Positions 26,001-39,421 of a stretch of DNA of 64,000 bases are shown here, piece after piece; within the stretch, counting starts at the first letter, position 1, and each line of letters starts with the position of its first letter. The notes under the pieces are model-generated. The model was not told the DNA's origin. It saw only the letters and a list, made by a program, of their open reading frames with translations, and ran no database searches. The DNA comes from Eledone cirrhosa (Eukaryota): NCBI GenBank assembly GCA_964016885.1, contig OZ024744.1, positions 18,538,001 to 18,602,000 on the forward strand, read 5' to 3'. The translations under genes were made by a program, and so were the position numbers.

Positions 26001-29000
26001 TCACTGTGTATGTCACTGTTTGTTTCTGTATGTATGTGTCACTGTGTATGTCACCGTGTGTGTGTGTATGTCTGTGTCACGGTGTATGTCACTGTATCTT
26101 AGTGTATGCCTGTGTCACTGTGTATGTCACTGTGAGTTTCTGTATGTCTGTGTCTCTGTGTATGTCACTGTATCTTTGTGCATGTATGTGTCACTGTGTA
26201 TGTCACTGTATGTTTCTGTATGTCTGTGTCACTGTGTATATCACTGTGTGTTTCTGTATATCTGTGTCTCTGTGTATGTCACTGTATCTTTGTGTATGTC
26301 TGGGTCACTGTGTATGTCACTGTATATTTGTGTATGTCTGTGTCACGGTGTATATCACTGTATGTTTGTGTATGTCTGTGTCACTGTGTATGTCACTGTG
26401 TGTTTCTGTATGTCTGTGTCACTGTGTATATCAATGTGTGTTTCTGTATCTCTGTGTCACGGTGTATGTCACTGCATGTTTGTGTATGTCTGTGTGACTG
26501 TGTATGTCACTGTGTGTTTCTGTATGGCTGTGTCACTGTGTATGTCACTGTATCTTTGTGTATGTCTGTGTCACTGTGTATGTCACAGTGTGTTTCTGTA
26601 TGTCTGTGTCACTGTATATGTCACTGTATGTTTCTGAATGTCTGTGTCACTGTGTATGTCACTGTGTGTTTCTGTATGTCTGTGTCACGGTGTATGTCAC
26701 TGTATGTTTGTGTGTGACTCTGTCACTGTGTGTTTGTGTATGTCTGTGTCACTGTAAGTTTCTGTATGTCTGTGTCACTGTGTATGTCACTGTGTGTTTC
26801 TGGATGTCTGTGTCACTGTGTATGTCATTGTATCTTTGTGTATGTCTGTGTCACTGTGTATGTCACTGTATGTTTCTGTAAGTTTGTGTCACTGTGTATG
26901 TCAGTCACTGTGTGTTTCTGTATGTCTGTGTCTCTGTGTATGTCACTGTATGTTTCTGTATGTCTGTTTCACTGTGTATGTCACTGTGTCTTTATGTATG
27001 TCTGTGTCACTCTGTATGTCACTGTATATTTCTGTATGTCTGTGTCACTGTGTATATCACTGTATCTTTCTGTATGTCTGTGTCACTGTGTATGTCACAG
27101 TGTGTTTGTGTATGTCTGTGTCACTGTCTATGTCACTGTATGTTTCTGAATGTCTGTGTCACTGTGTATGTCACTGTGTGTTTGTGTATGTCTGTGTCAC
27201 TGTATGTTTATGTATGTCTGTGTCACTGTGTATGTCACTGTATGCTTCTGTATGTCTGTGTCACTGTGTAAGTCATTGTATCTTTGTGTATGTCACTGTA
27301 TGTTTCTGTATGTTTGTGTCACTGTGTATGTCACTGTGTGTTTCTGTATGTCTGTGTCACTGTGTATGTCACTGTGTGTTTCTGTATGTTTGTGTCACTG
27401 TGTATGTCACTAAATGTTTGTGTGTGTCTGTGTCTCTGTGTATGTCACTGTTTGTTTGCGTGTGTCTGTGTCACTGTGTATGTCACTGTGTGTTTCTGTA
27501 TGTCTGTGTGACTGTCTATGTCACTGTGTGTTTCTGTATGTTTGTGTCACTGTGTATGTCACTAAATGTTTGTGTGTGTCTGTGTCTCTGTGTATGTCAC
27601 TGTTTGTTTGCGTGTGTCTGTGTCACTGTGTATGTCACTGTATGTTTCTGTATGTCTGTGTCACTTTGTATGTCACTGTGTGTTTCTGTATGTATGTGTC
27701 ACCGTGTATGTCACTGTATCTTTGTGTATGCCTGTGTCACTGTGTATGTCACTGTGTGTTTCTGTATGTCTGTGTCACTGTGTATGTCACTGTGTGTTTC
27801 TGTATGTCTGTGTGACTGTGTATGTCACTGTTTGTTTGTGTATGTCTGTGTCACTGTGTGTGTTTCTGTATGTATGTGTCACTGTGTATGTCATTGCATC
27901 TTTGTGTATGTCTGTCTCACTGTGTATGTCACTGTGTATTTCTGCATGTCTGTGTCACTGTGTATGTCACTGTGTGTTTCTGTATGTCTGTGTCACTGTG
28001 TATCTCACTGTATGTTTCTGTATGTCTCTTTCACTGTGTATGTCACTGTATATTTGTGTATGTCTGTGTCACTCTGTATGTCACTGTGTGTTTCTGTATG
28101 TCTGTGTCACTATGTATGCCACTGTATATTTGTGTTGTCTGTGTCATTGTGTATGTCACTGGGTGTTTCTGTATGTCTGTGTCACTGTGTATGACACTGT
28201 GTCTTTCTGTATGTATGTATCACTGTGTATGTCACTGTGTGTATCTGTATGTCGGTGTCACTGTGTAAGTCATTGTATCTTCGTGTATGTCTGTGGAACT
28301 CTGTATGTCGTTGTGTGTTTCTGTATGTATGTGTCTCTGTGTATGTCACTGTATATTTGTGTATGTATGTGTCACTGTGTATGTCACTGTGAGTTTCTCT
28401 ATGTCTGTGTCACTGTGTATGTCACTGTATGTCTCTGTATGTCTGTGTCACTGTCTATGTCACTGTATCTTTGTGTATGTCTGTGTCACTGTGTATGTCA
28501 CTGTGTGTTTCTGTATGTCTGTGTCACTGTGTATGTCACAGTTTGTTTCTGTATATATGTGTCTCTGTGTATGTCACTGTAGTTTTGTGTATGTCTGTGT
28601 CACTGTGTGTTTCTGTATGTATGTGTCACTGTGTATGTCACTGTATGTTTCTGTATGTCTGTGTCACTGTGTATGTCACTGTTTGTTTCTGTATGTATGT
28701 GTCACTGTGTATGTCACCGTATGTGTGTGTATGTCTGTGTCACGGTGTATGTCACTGTATCTTAGTGTATGCCTGTGTCACTGTGTATGTCACTGTGAGT
28801 TTCTGTATGTCTGTGTCTCTGTGTATGTCACTGTATCTTTGTGCATGTATGTGTCACTGTGTATGTCACTGTATGTTTCTGTATGTCTGTGTCACTGTGT
28901 ATATCACTGTGTGTTTCTGTATATCTGTGTCTCTGTGTATGTCACTGTATCTTTGTGTATGTCTGGGTCACTGTGTATGTCACTGTATATTTGTGTATGT

Positions 29001-30774
29001 CTGTGACACGGTGTATATCACTGTATGTTTGTGTATGTCTGTGTCACTGTGTATGTCACTGTGTGTTTCTGTATGTCTGTGTCACTGTGTATATCAATGT
29101 GTGTTTCTGTATCTCTGTGTCACGGTGTATGTCATTGCATGTTTGTGTATGTCTGTGTGACTGTGTATGTCACTGTGTGTTTCTGTATGGCTGTGTCACT
29201 GTGTATGTCACTGTATCTTTGTGTATGTCTGTGTCACTGTGTATGTCACAGTGTGTTTCTGTATGTCTGTGTCACTGTCTATGTCACTGTATGTTTCTGA
29301 ATGTCTGTGTCACTGTGTATGTCACTGTGTGTTTCTGTATGTCTGTGTCACGGTGTATGTCACTGTATGTTTGTGTGTGACTGTGTCACTGTGTATGTCA
29401 CTGTGTGTTTGTGTATGTCTGTGTCGCTGTAAGTTTCTGTATGTCTGTGTCACTGTGTATGTCACTGTGTGTTTCTGGATGTCTGTGTCACTGTGTATGT
29501 CATTGTATCTTTGTGTATGTCTGTGTCACTGTGTATGTCACTGTATGTTTCTGTAAGTTTGTGTCACTGTGTATGTCACTGTGTGTTTCTGTATGTCTGT
29601 GTCTCTGTGTATGTCACTGTATGTTTCTGTATATCTGTTTCACTGTGTATGTCACTGTGTCTTTATGTATGTCTGTGTCACTCTGTATGTCACTGTATAT
29701 TTCTGTATGTCTGTGTAACTGTGTATATCACTGTATGTTTCTGTATGTCTGTGTCACTGTGTATGTCACTGTGTGTTTCTGTATGGCTGTGTCACTGTGT
29801 ATGTCACAGTGTGTTTCTGTATGTCTGTGTCACTGTCTATGTCACTGTATGTTTCTGAATGTCTGTGTCACTGTGTATGTCACTGTGTGTTTGTGTATGT
29901 CTGTGTCACTGTATATTTCTGTATGTCTGTGTCACTGTGTATGTCACTGTGTGTTTCTGTATGTCTGTGTCACTGTGTATGTCATTGTATCTTTGTGTAT
30001 GTCTGTGTCACTGTGTATGTCACTGTATGTTTCTGTAAATTTGTGTCACTGTGTATGTCACTGTGTGTTTCTGTATGTCTGTGTCTCTGTGTATGTCACT
30101 GTATGTTTCTGTATGTCTGTTTCACTGTGTATGTCACTGTGTCTCTATGTATGTCTGTGTCACTCTCTATGTCACTGTATATTTCTGTATGTCTGTGTCA
30201 CTGTGTATATCACTGTATGTTTCTGTATGTCTGTGTCACTGTGTATGTCACTGTGTGTTTCTGTATGGCTGTGTCACTGTGTATGTCACAGTGTGTTTCT
30301 GTATGTCTGTGTCACTGTCTATGTCACAGTGTGTTTCTGTATGTCTGTGTCACTGTCTATGTCACTGTATGTTTCTGAATGTCTGTGTCAGTGTGTATGT
30401 CACTGTGTGTTTGTGTATGTCTGTGTCACTGTATGTTTCTGTATGTCTGTGTCACTGTGTATGTCACTGTGTGTTTCTGTATGTCTGTGTCACTGTGTAT
30501 GACATTGTATCTTTGTGTATGTCTGTGTCACTGTGTATGTCACTGTATGTTTCTGTATGTTTGTGTCACTGTGTATGTCACTGTGTGTTTCTGTATGTTT
30601 GTGTCTCAGTGTATGTCACTGTATGTTTCTGTATGTCTGTTTCACTGTGTATGTCACTGTGTCTTTATGTATGTCTGTGTCACTCTGTATGTCACTGTAT
30701 ATTTCTGTATGTCTGTGTCACTGTGTATGTCACTGTATGTTTCTGTATGTCTGTGTCACTGTGTATGTCACTGT
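23061..30774 (+). repeat. Duplication 2, copy B
   Basis: Near-identical to 14364-22076. It lacks the 1-bp deletion (TATGTACTG) seen at ~14726. Confidence 0.92.
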
Positions 30775-32662
30775 ATGCTTCTGTATGTCTGTGTCACTGT
30801 GTATGTCACTGTATCTTTGTGTATGTCTGTGTCCCTGTGTATGTCACTGTATGTTTCTGTATGTTTGTGTCACTGTGTATGTCACTGTGTGTTTCTGTAT
30901 GTCTGTGTCACTGTGTGTTTCTGTATGTTTGTGTCACTGTGTATGTCACTAAATGTTTGTGTGTGTCTGTGTCTCTGTGTATGTCACTGTTTGTTTGCGT
31001 GTGTCTGTGTCACTGTGTATGTCACTGTGTGTTTCTGTATGTCTGTGTGACTGTCTATGTCACTGTGTGTTTCTGTATGTTTGTGTCACTGTGTATGTCA
31101 CTAAATGTTTGTGTGTGTCTGTGTCTCTGTGTATGTCACTGTTTGTTTGCGTGTGTCTGTGTCACTGTGTATGTCACTGTATGTTTCTGTATGTCTGTGT
31201 CACTTTGTATGTCACTGTGTGTTTCTGTATGTATGTGTCACCGTGTATGTCACTGTATCTTTGTGTATGCCTGTGTCACTGTGTATGTCACTGTGTGTTT
31301 CTGTATGTTTGTGTCACTGTGTATGTCACTAAATGTTTGTGTGTGTCTGTGTCACTGTGTATGTCACTGTGTGTTTCTGTATGTCTGTGTGACTGTGTAT
31401 GTCACTGTTTGTTTGTGTATGTCTGTGTCACTGTGTGTGTTTCTGTATGTCTGTGTCACTGTGTATGTCATTGCATCTTTGTGTATGTCTGTCTCACTGT
31501 GTATGTCACTGTGTGTTTCTGCATGTCTGTGTCACTGTGTATGTCACTGTGTGTTTCTGTATGTCTGTGTCACTGTGTATGTCACTGTATGTTTCTGTAT
31601 GTCTCTTTCACTGTGTATATCACTGTGTGTTTCTGTATGTCTGTGTCACTGTATATGTCACTGTATCTTTGTGTATGCCTGTGTCACTGTCTATGTCACT
31701 GTATGTTTCTGTACGTCTGTTTCACTGTGTATATCACTGTATATTTGTGTATGTCTGTGTCACTCTGTATGTCACTGTGTGTTTCTGTATGTCTGTGTCA
31801 CTATGTATGCCACTGTATATTTGTGTTGTCTGTGTCATTGTGTATGTCACTGCGTGTTTCTGTATGTCTGTGTCACTGTGTATGACACTGTGTCTTTCTG
31901 TATGTATGTATCACTGTGTATGTCACTGTGTGTATCTGTATGTCGGTGTCACTGTGTATGTCATTGTATCTTTGTGTATGTCTGTGGCACTCTGTATGTC
32001 GTTGTGTGTTTCTGTATGTATGTGTCTCTGTGTATGTCACTGTATATTTGTGTATGTATGTGTCACTGTGTATGTCACTGTGAGTTTCTCTATGTCTGTG
32101 TCACTGTGTATGTCACTGTATGTCTCTGTATGTCTGTGTCACTGTCTATGTGACTGTATCTTTGTGTATGTCTGTGTCACTGTGTATGTCACAGTTTGTT
32201 TCTGTATATATGTGTCTCTGTGTATGTCACTGTAGTTTTGTGTATGTCTGTGTCACTGTGTGTTTCTGTATGTCTGTGTCACTGTGTATGTCACTGTATG
32301 TTTCTGTATGTCTGTGTCACTGTGTATGTCACTGTTTGTTTCTGTATGTATGTGTCACTGTGTATGTCACCGTATGTGTGTGTATGTCTGTGTCACGGTG
32401 TATGTCACTGTATCTTAGTGTATGCCTGTGTCACTGTGTATGTCACTGTGAGTTTCTGTATGTCTGTGTATCTGTGTATGTCACTGTATCTTTGTGCATG
32501 TATGTGTCACTGTGTATGTCACTGTATGTTTCTGTATGTCTGTGTCACTGTGTATATCACTGTGTGTTTCTGTATATCTGTGTCTCTGTGTATGTCACTG
32601 TATCTTTGTGTATGTCTGGGTCACTGTGTATGTCACTGTATATTTGTGTATGTCTGTGTCAC

Positions 32663-35600
32663 GGTGTATATCACTGTATGTTTGTGTATGTCTGTGTCAC
32701 TGTGTATGTCACTGTGTGTTTCTGTATGTATGTGTCACTGTGTATATCAATGTGTGTTTCTGTATCTCTGTGTCACGGTGTATGTCACTGCATGTTTGTG
32801 TATGTCTGTGTGACTGTGTATGTCACTGTGTGTTTCTCTATGGCTGTGTCACTGTGTATGTCACTGTATCTTTGTGTATGTCTGTGTCACTGTGTATGTC
32901 ACAGTGTGTTTCTGTATGTCTGTGTCACTGTATATGTCACTGTATGTTTCTGAATGTCTGTGTCACTGTGTATGTCACTGTGTGTTTCTGTATGTTTGTG
33001 TCACTGTGTATGTCACTAAATGTTTGTGTGTGTCTGTGTCTCTGTGTATGTCACTGTTTGTTTGCGTGTGTCTGTGTCACTGTGTATGTCACTGTATGTT
33101 TCTGTATGTCTGTGTCACTTTGTATGTCACTGTGTGTTTCTGTATGTATGTGTCACCGTGTATGTCACTGTATCTTTGTGTATGCCTGTGTCACTGTGTA
33201 TGTCACTGTGTGTTTCTGCATGTCTGTGTCACTGTGTATGTCACTGTGTGTTTCTGTATGTCTGTGTCACTGTGTATGTCACTGTGTGTTTCTGTATGTC
33301 TGTGTCACTGTGTATATCAATGTGTGTTTCTGTATCTCTGTGTCACGGTGTATGTCATTGCATGTTTGTGTATGTCTGTGTGACTGTGTATGTCACTGTG
33401 TGTTTCTGTATGGCTGTGTCACTGTGTATGTCACTGTATCTTTGTGTATGTCTGTGTCACTGTGTATGTCACAGTGTGTTTCTGTATGTCTGTGTCACTG
33501 TCTATGTCACTGTATGTTTCTGAATGTCTGTGTCACTGTGTATGTCACTGTGTGTTTCTGTATGTCTGTGTCACGGTGTATGTCACTGTATGTTTGTGTG
33601 TGACCGTGTCACTGTGTATGTCACTGTGTGTTTGTGTATGTCTGTGTCACTGTAAGTTTCTGTATGTCTGTGTCACTGTGTATATCACTGTGTGTTTCTG
33701 GATGTCTGTGTCACTGTGTATGTCATTGTATCTTTGCCTATGTCTGTGTCACTGTGTATGTCACTGTATGTTTCTGTAAGTTTGTGTCACTGTGTATGTC
33801 ACTGTGTGTTTCTGTATGTCTGTGTCCCTGTGTATGTCACTGTATGTTTCTGTATATCTGTTTCACTGTGTATGTCACTGTGTCTTTATGTATGTCTGTG
33901 TCACTCTGTATGTCACTGTATATTTCTGTATGTCTGTGTCACTGTGTATATCACTGTATGTTTCTGTATGTCTGTGTCACTGTGTATGTCACTGTGTGTT
34001 TCTGTATGGCTGTGTCACTGTGTATGTCACAGTGTGTTTCTGTATGTCTGTGTCACTGTCTATGTCACTGTATGTTTCTGTATGTCTGTGTCACTGTGTA
34101 TGTCACTGTGTGTTTCTGTATGTCTGTGTCACTGTGTATGTCATTGTATCTTTGTGTATGTCTGTGTCACTGTGTATGTCACTGTATGTTTCTGTAAGTT
34201 TGTGTCACTGTGTATGTCACTGTGTGTTTCTGTATGTCTGTGTCTCTGTGTATGTCACTGTATGTTTCTGTATGTCTGTTTCACTGTGTATGTCACTGTG
34301 TCTTTATGTATGTCTGTGTCACTCTCTATGTCACTGTATATTTCTGTATGTCTGTGTCACTGTGTATATCACTGTATGTTTCTGTATGTCTGTGTCACTG
34401 TGTATGTCACTGTGTGTTTCTGTATGGCTGTGTCACTGTGTATGTCACTGTATCTTTGTGTATGTCTGTGTCACTGTGTATGTCACAGTGTGTTTCTGTA
34501 TGTCTGTGTCACTGTCTATGTCACTGTATGTTTCTGAATGTCTGTGTCAGTGTGTATGTCACTGTGTGTTTGTGTATGTCTGTGTCACTGTATGTTTCTG
34601 TATGTCTGTGTCACTGTGTATGTCACTGTGTGTTTCTGTATGTCTGTGTCACTGTGTATGACATTGTATCTTTGTGTATGTCTGTGTCACTGTGTATGTC
34701 ACTGTATGTTTCTGTATGTTTGTGTCACTGTGTATGTCACTGTGTGTTTCTGTATGTTTGTGTCTCAGTGTATGTCACTGTATGTTTCTGTATGTCTGTT
34801 TCACTGTGTATGTCACTGTGTCTTTATGTATGTCTGTGTCACTCTGTATGTCACTGTATATTTCTGTATGTCTGTGTCACTGTGTATGTCACTGTATGCT
34901 TCTGTATGTCTGTGTCACTGTGTATGTCACTGTATCTTTGTGTAAGTCTGTGTCCCTGTGTATGTCACTGTATGTTTCTGTATGTTTGTGTCACTGTGTA
35001 TGTCACTGTGTGTTTCTGTATGTCTGTGTCACTGTGTATGTCACTGTGTGTTTCTGTATGTTTGTGTCACTGTGTATGTCACTAAATGTTTGTGTGTGTC
35101 TGTGTCTCTGTGTATGTCACTGTTTGTTTGCGTGTGTCTGTGTCACTGTGTATGTCACTGTGTGTTTCTGTATGTCTGTGTGACTGTCTATGTCACTGTG
35201 TGTTTCTGTATGTTTGTGTCACTGTGTATGTCACTAAATGTTTGTGTGTGTCTGTGTCTCTGTGTATGTCACTGTTTGTTTGCGTGTGTCTGTGTCACTG
35301 TGTATGTCACTGTATGTTTCTGTATGTCTGTGTCACTTTGTATGTCACTGTGTGTTTCTGTATGTATGTGTCACCGTGTATGTCACTGTATCTTTGTGTA
35401 TGCCTGTGTCACTGTGTATGTCACTGTGTGTTTCTGTATGTTTGTGTCACTGTGTATGTCACTAAATGTTTGTGTGTGTCTGTGTCACTGTGTATGTCAC
35501 TGTGTGTTTCTGTATGTCTGTGTGACTGTGTATGTCACTGTTTGTTTGTGTATGTCTGTGTCACTGTGTGTGTTTCTGTATGTCTGTGTCACTGTGTATG

Positions 35601-38600
35601 TCATTGCATCTTTGTGTATGTCTGTCTCACTGTGTATGTCACTGTGTGTTTCTGCATGTCTGTGTCACTGTGTATGTCACTGTGTGTTTCTGTATGTCTG
35701 TGTCACTGTGTATATCACTGTATGTTTCTGTATGTCTCTTTCACTGTGTATATCACTGTGTGTTTCTGTATGTCTGTGTCACTGTATATGTCACTGTTTC
35801 TTTGTGTATGCCTGTGTCACTGTCTATGTCACTGTATGTTTCTGTATGTCTGTTTCACTGTGTATGTCACTGTATATTTGTGTATGTCTGTGTCACTCTG
35901 TATGTCACTGTGTGTTTCTGTATGTCTGTGTCACTATGTATGCCACTGTATATTTGTGCTGTCTGTGTCATTGTGTATGTCACTGGGTGTTTCTGTATGT
36001 CTGTGTCACTGTGTATGACACTGTGTCTTTCTGTATGTATGTATCACTGTGTATGTCACTGTGTGTATCTGTATGTCGGTGTCACTGTGTAAGTCATTGT
36101 ATCTTTGTGTATGTCTGTGGCACTCTGTATGTCGTTGTGTGTTTCTGTATGTATGTGTCTCTGTGTATGTCACTGTATATTTGTGTATGTATGTGTCACT
36201 GTGTATGTCACTGTGAGTTTCTCTATGTCTGTGTCACTGTGTATGTCACTGTATGTCTCTGTGTGTCTGTGTCACTGTCTATGTCACTGTATCTTTGTGT
36301 ATGTCTGTGTCACTGTGTATGTCACTGTGTGTTTATGTATGTCTGTGTCACTGTGTATGTCACTGTATGTTTCTGTATGTCTGTGTCACTGTGTATGTCA
36401 CTGTTTGTTTCTGTATGTATGTGTCACTGTGTATGTCACCGTATGTGTGTGTATGTCTGTGTCACGGTGTATGTCACTGTATCTTAGTGTATGCCTGTGT
36501 CACTGTGTATGTCACTGTGAGTTTCTGTATGTCTGTGTCTCTGTGTATGTCACTGTATCTTTGTGCATGTATGTGTCACTGTGTATGTCACTGTATGTTT
36601 CTGTATGTCTGTGTCACTGTGTATATCACTGTGTGTTTCTGTATATCTGTGTCTCTGTGTATGTCACTGTATCTTTGTGTATGTCTGGGTCACTGTGTAT
36701 GTCACTGTATATTTGTGTATGTCTGTGTCACGGTGTATATCACTGTATGTTTGTGTATGTCTGTGTCACTGTGTATGTCACTGTGTGTTTCTGTATGTCT
36801 GTGTCACTGTGTATATCAATGTGTGTTTCTGTATCTCTGTGTCACGGTGTATGTCACTGCATGTTTGTGTATGTCTGTGTGACTGTGTATGTCACTGTGT
36901 GTTTCTGTATGGCTGTGTCACTGTGTATGTCACTGTATCTTTGTGTATGTCTGTGTCACTGTGTATGTCACAGTGTGTTTCTGTATGTCTGTGTCACTGT
37001 CTATGTCACTGTATGGTTCTGAATGTCTGTGTCACTGTGTATGTCACTGTGTGTTTCTGTATGTCTGTGTCACGGTGTATGTCACTGTATGTTTGTGTGT
37101 GACTGTGTCACTGTGTATGTCACTGTGTGTTTGTGTATGTCTGTGTCACTGTAAGTTTCTGTATGTCTGTGTCACTGTGTATGTCACTGTGTGTTTCTGG
37201 ATGTCTGTGTCACTGTGTATGTCATTGTATCTTTGTGTATGTCTGTGTCACTGTGTATGTCACTGTATGTTTCTGTAAGTTTGTGTCACTGTGTATGTCA
37301 CTGTGTGTTTCTGTATGTCTGTGTCTCTGTGTATGTCACTGTATGTTTCTGTATATCTGTTTCACTGTGTATGTCACTGTGTCTTTATGTATGTCTGTGT
37401 CACTCTGTATGTCACTGTATATTTCTGTATGTCTGTGTCACTGTGTATATCACTGTATGTTTCTGTATGTATGTGTCACTGTGTATGTCACTGTGTGTTT
37501 TTGTATGGCTGTGTCACTGTGTATGTCACAGTGTGTTTCTGTATGTCTGTGTCACTGTCTATGTCACTGTATGTTTCTGAATGTCTGTGTCACTGTGTAT
37601 GTCACTGTGTGTTTGTGTATGTCTGTGTCACTGTATGTTTCTGTATGTCTGTGTCACTGTGTATGTCACTGTGTGTTTTTGTATGTCTGTGTCACTGTGT
37701 ATGTCATTGTATCTTTGTGTATGTCTGTGTCACTGTGTATGTCACTGTATGTTTCTGTAAGTTTGTGTCACTGTGTATGTCACTGTGTGTTTCTGTATGT
37801 CTGTGTCTCTGTGTATGTCACTGTATGTTTCTGTATGTCTGTTTCACTGTGTATGTCACTGTGTCTTTATGTATGTCTGTGTCACTCTCTATGTCACTGT
37901 ATATTTCTGTATGTCTGTGTCACTGTGTATATCACTGTATGTTTCTGTATGTCTGTGTCACTGTGTATGTCACTGTGTGTTTCTGTATGGCTGTGTCACT
38001 GTGTATGTCACTGTATCTTTGTGTATGTCTGTGTCACTGTGTATGTCACAGTGTGTTTCTGTATGTCTGTGTCACTGTCTATGTCACTGTATGTTTCTGA
38101 ATGTCTGTGTCAGTGTGTATGTCACTGTGTGTTTGTGTATGTCTGTGTCACTGTATGTTTCTGTATGTCTGTGTCACTGTGTATGTCACTGTGTGTTTCT
38201 GTATGTCTGTGTCACTGTGTATGACATTGTATCTTTGTGTATGTCTGTGTCACTGTGTATGTCACTGTATGTTTCTGTATGTTTGTGTCACTGTGTATGT
38301 CACTGTGTGTTTCTGTATGTTTGTGTCTCAGTGTATGTCACTGTATGTTTCTGTATGTATGTTTCACTGTGTATGTCACTGTGTCTTTATGTATGTCTGT
38401 GTCACTCTGTATGTCACTGTATATTTCTGTATGTCTGTGTCACTGTGTATGTCACTGTATGTTTGTGTATGTCTGTGTCACTGTGTATGTCACTGTATGC
38501 TTCTGTATGTCTGTGTCACTGTGTATGTCACTGTATCTTTGTGTATGTCTGTGTCCCTGTGTATGTCACTGTATGTTTCTGTATGTTTGTGTCACTGTGT

Positions 38601-39421
38601 ATGTCACTGTGTGTTTCTGTATGTCTGTGTCACTGTGTATGTCACTGTGTGTTTCTGTATGTTTGTGTCACTGTGTATGTCACTAAATGTTTGTGTGTGT
38701 CTGTGTCTCTGTGTATGTCACTGTTTGTTTGCGTGTGTCTGTGTCACTGTGTATGTCACTGTGTGTTTCTGTATGTCTGTGTGACTGTCTATGTCACTGT
38801 GTGTTTCTGTATGTTTGTGTCACTGTGTATGTCACTAAATGTTTGTGTGTGTCTGTGTCTCTGTGTATGTCACTGTTTGTTTGCGTGTGTCTGTGTCACT
38901 GTGTATGTCACTGTATGTTTCTGTATGTCTGTGTCACTTTGTATGTCACTGTGTGTTTCTGTATGTATGTGTCACCGTGTATGTCACTGTATCTTTGTGT
39001 ATGCCTGTGTCACTGTGTATGTCACTGTGTGTTTCTGTATGTTTGTGTCACTGTGTATGTCACTAAATGTTTGTGTGTGTCTGTGTCACTGTGTATGTCA
39101 CTGTGTGTTTCTGTATGTCTGTGTGACTGTGTATGTCACTGTTTGTTTGTGTATGTCTGTGTCACTGTGTGTGTTTCTGTATGTCTGTGTCACTGTGTAT
39201 GTCATTGCATCTTTGTGTATGTCTGTCTCACTGTGTATGTCACTGTGTGTTTCTGCATGTCTGTGTCACTGTGTATGTCACTGTGTGTTTCTGTATGTCT
39301 GTGTCACTGTGTATGTCACTGTATGTTTCTGTATGTCTGTGTCACTGTATATGTCACTGTATCTTTGTGTATGCCTGTGTCACTGTCTATGTCACTGTAT
39401 GTTTCTGTACGTCTGTTTCAC
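32663..39421 (+). repeat. Duplication 3, copy A (6759 bp)
   Basis: ORF offsets 6759 (32820->39579, 33628->40387), then 6823 (34210->41033, 37773->44596). Shared TTTCTCTATGGC ~32833/39592 and TTTGCCTATG ~33733/40492. Confidence 0.92.
37291..38254 (+). repeat. 482-bp sub-repeat (12x38+26) in tandem inside the higher-order cycle
   Basis: TGTAAGTTTG recurs 482 bp apart (ORFs 37291->37773, 40551->41033, 44114->44596, 53234->53716). The order of TTTCAC, TTTATG, GGCTG, ACAGTG and GAATG variants repeats. Confidence 0.8.
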
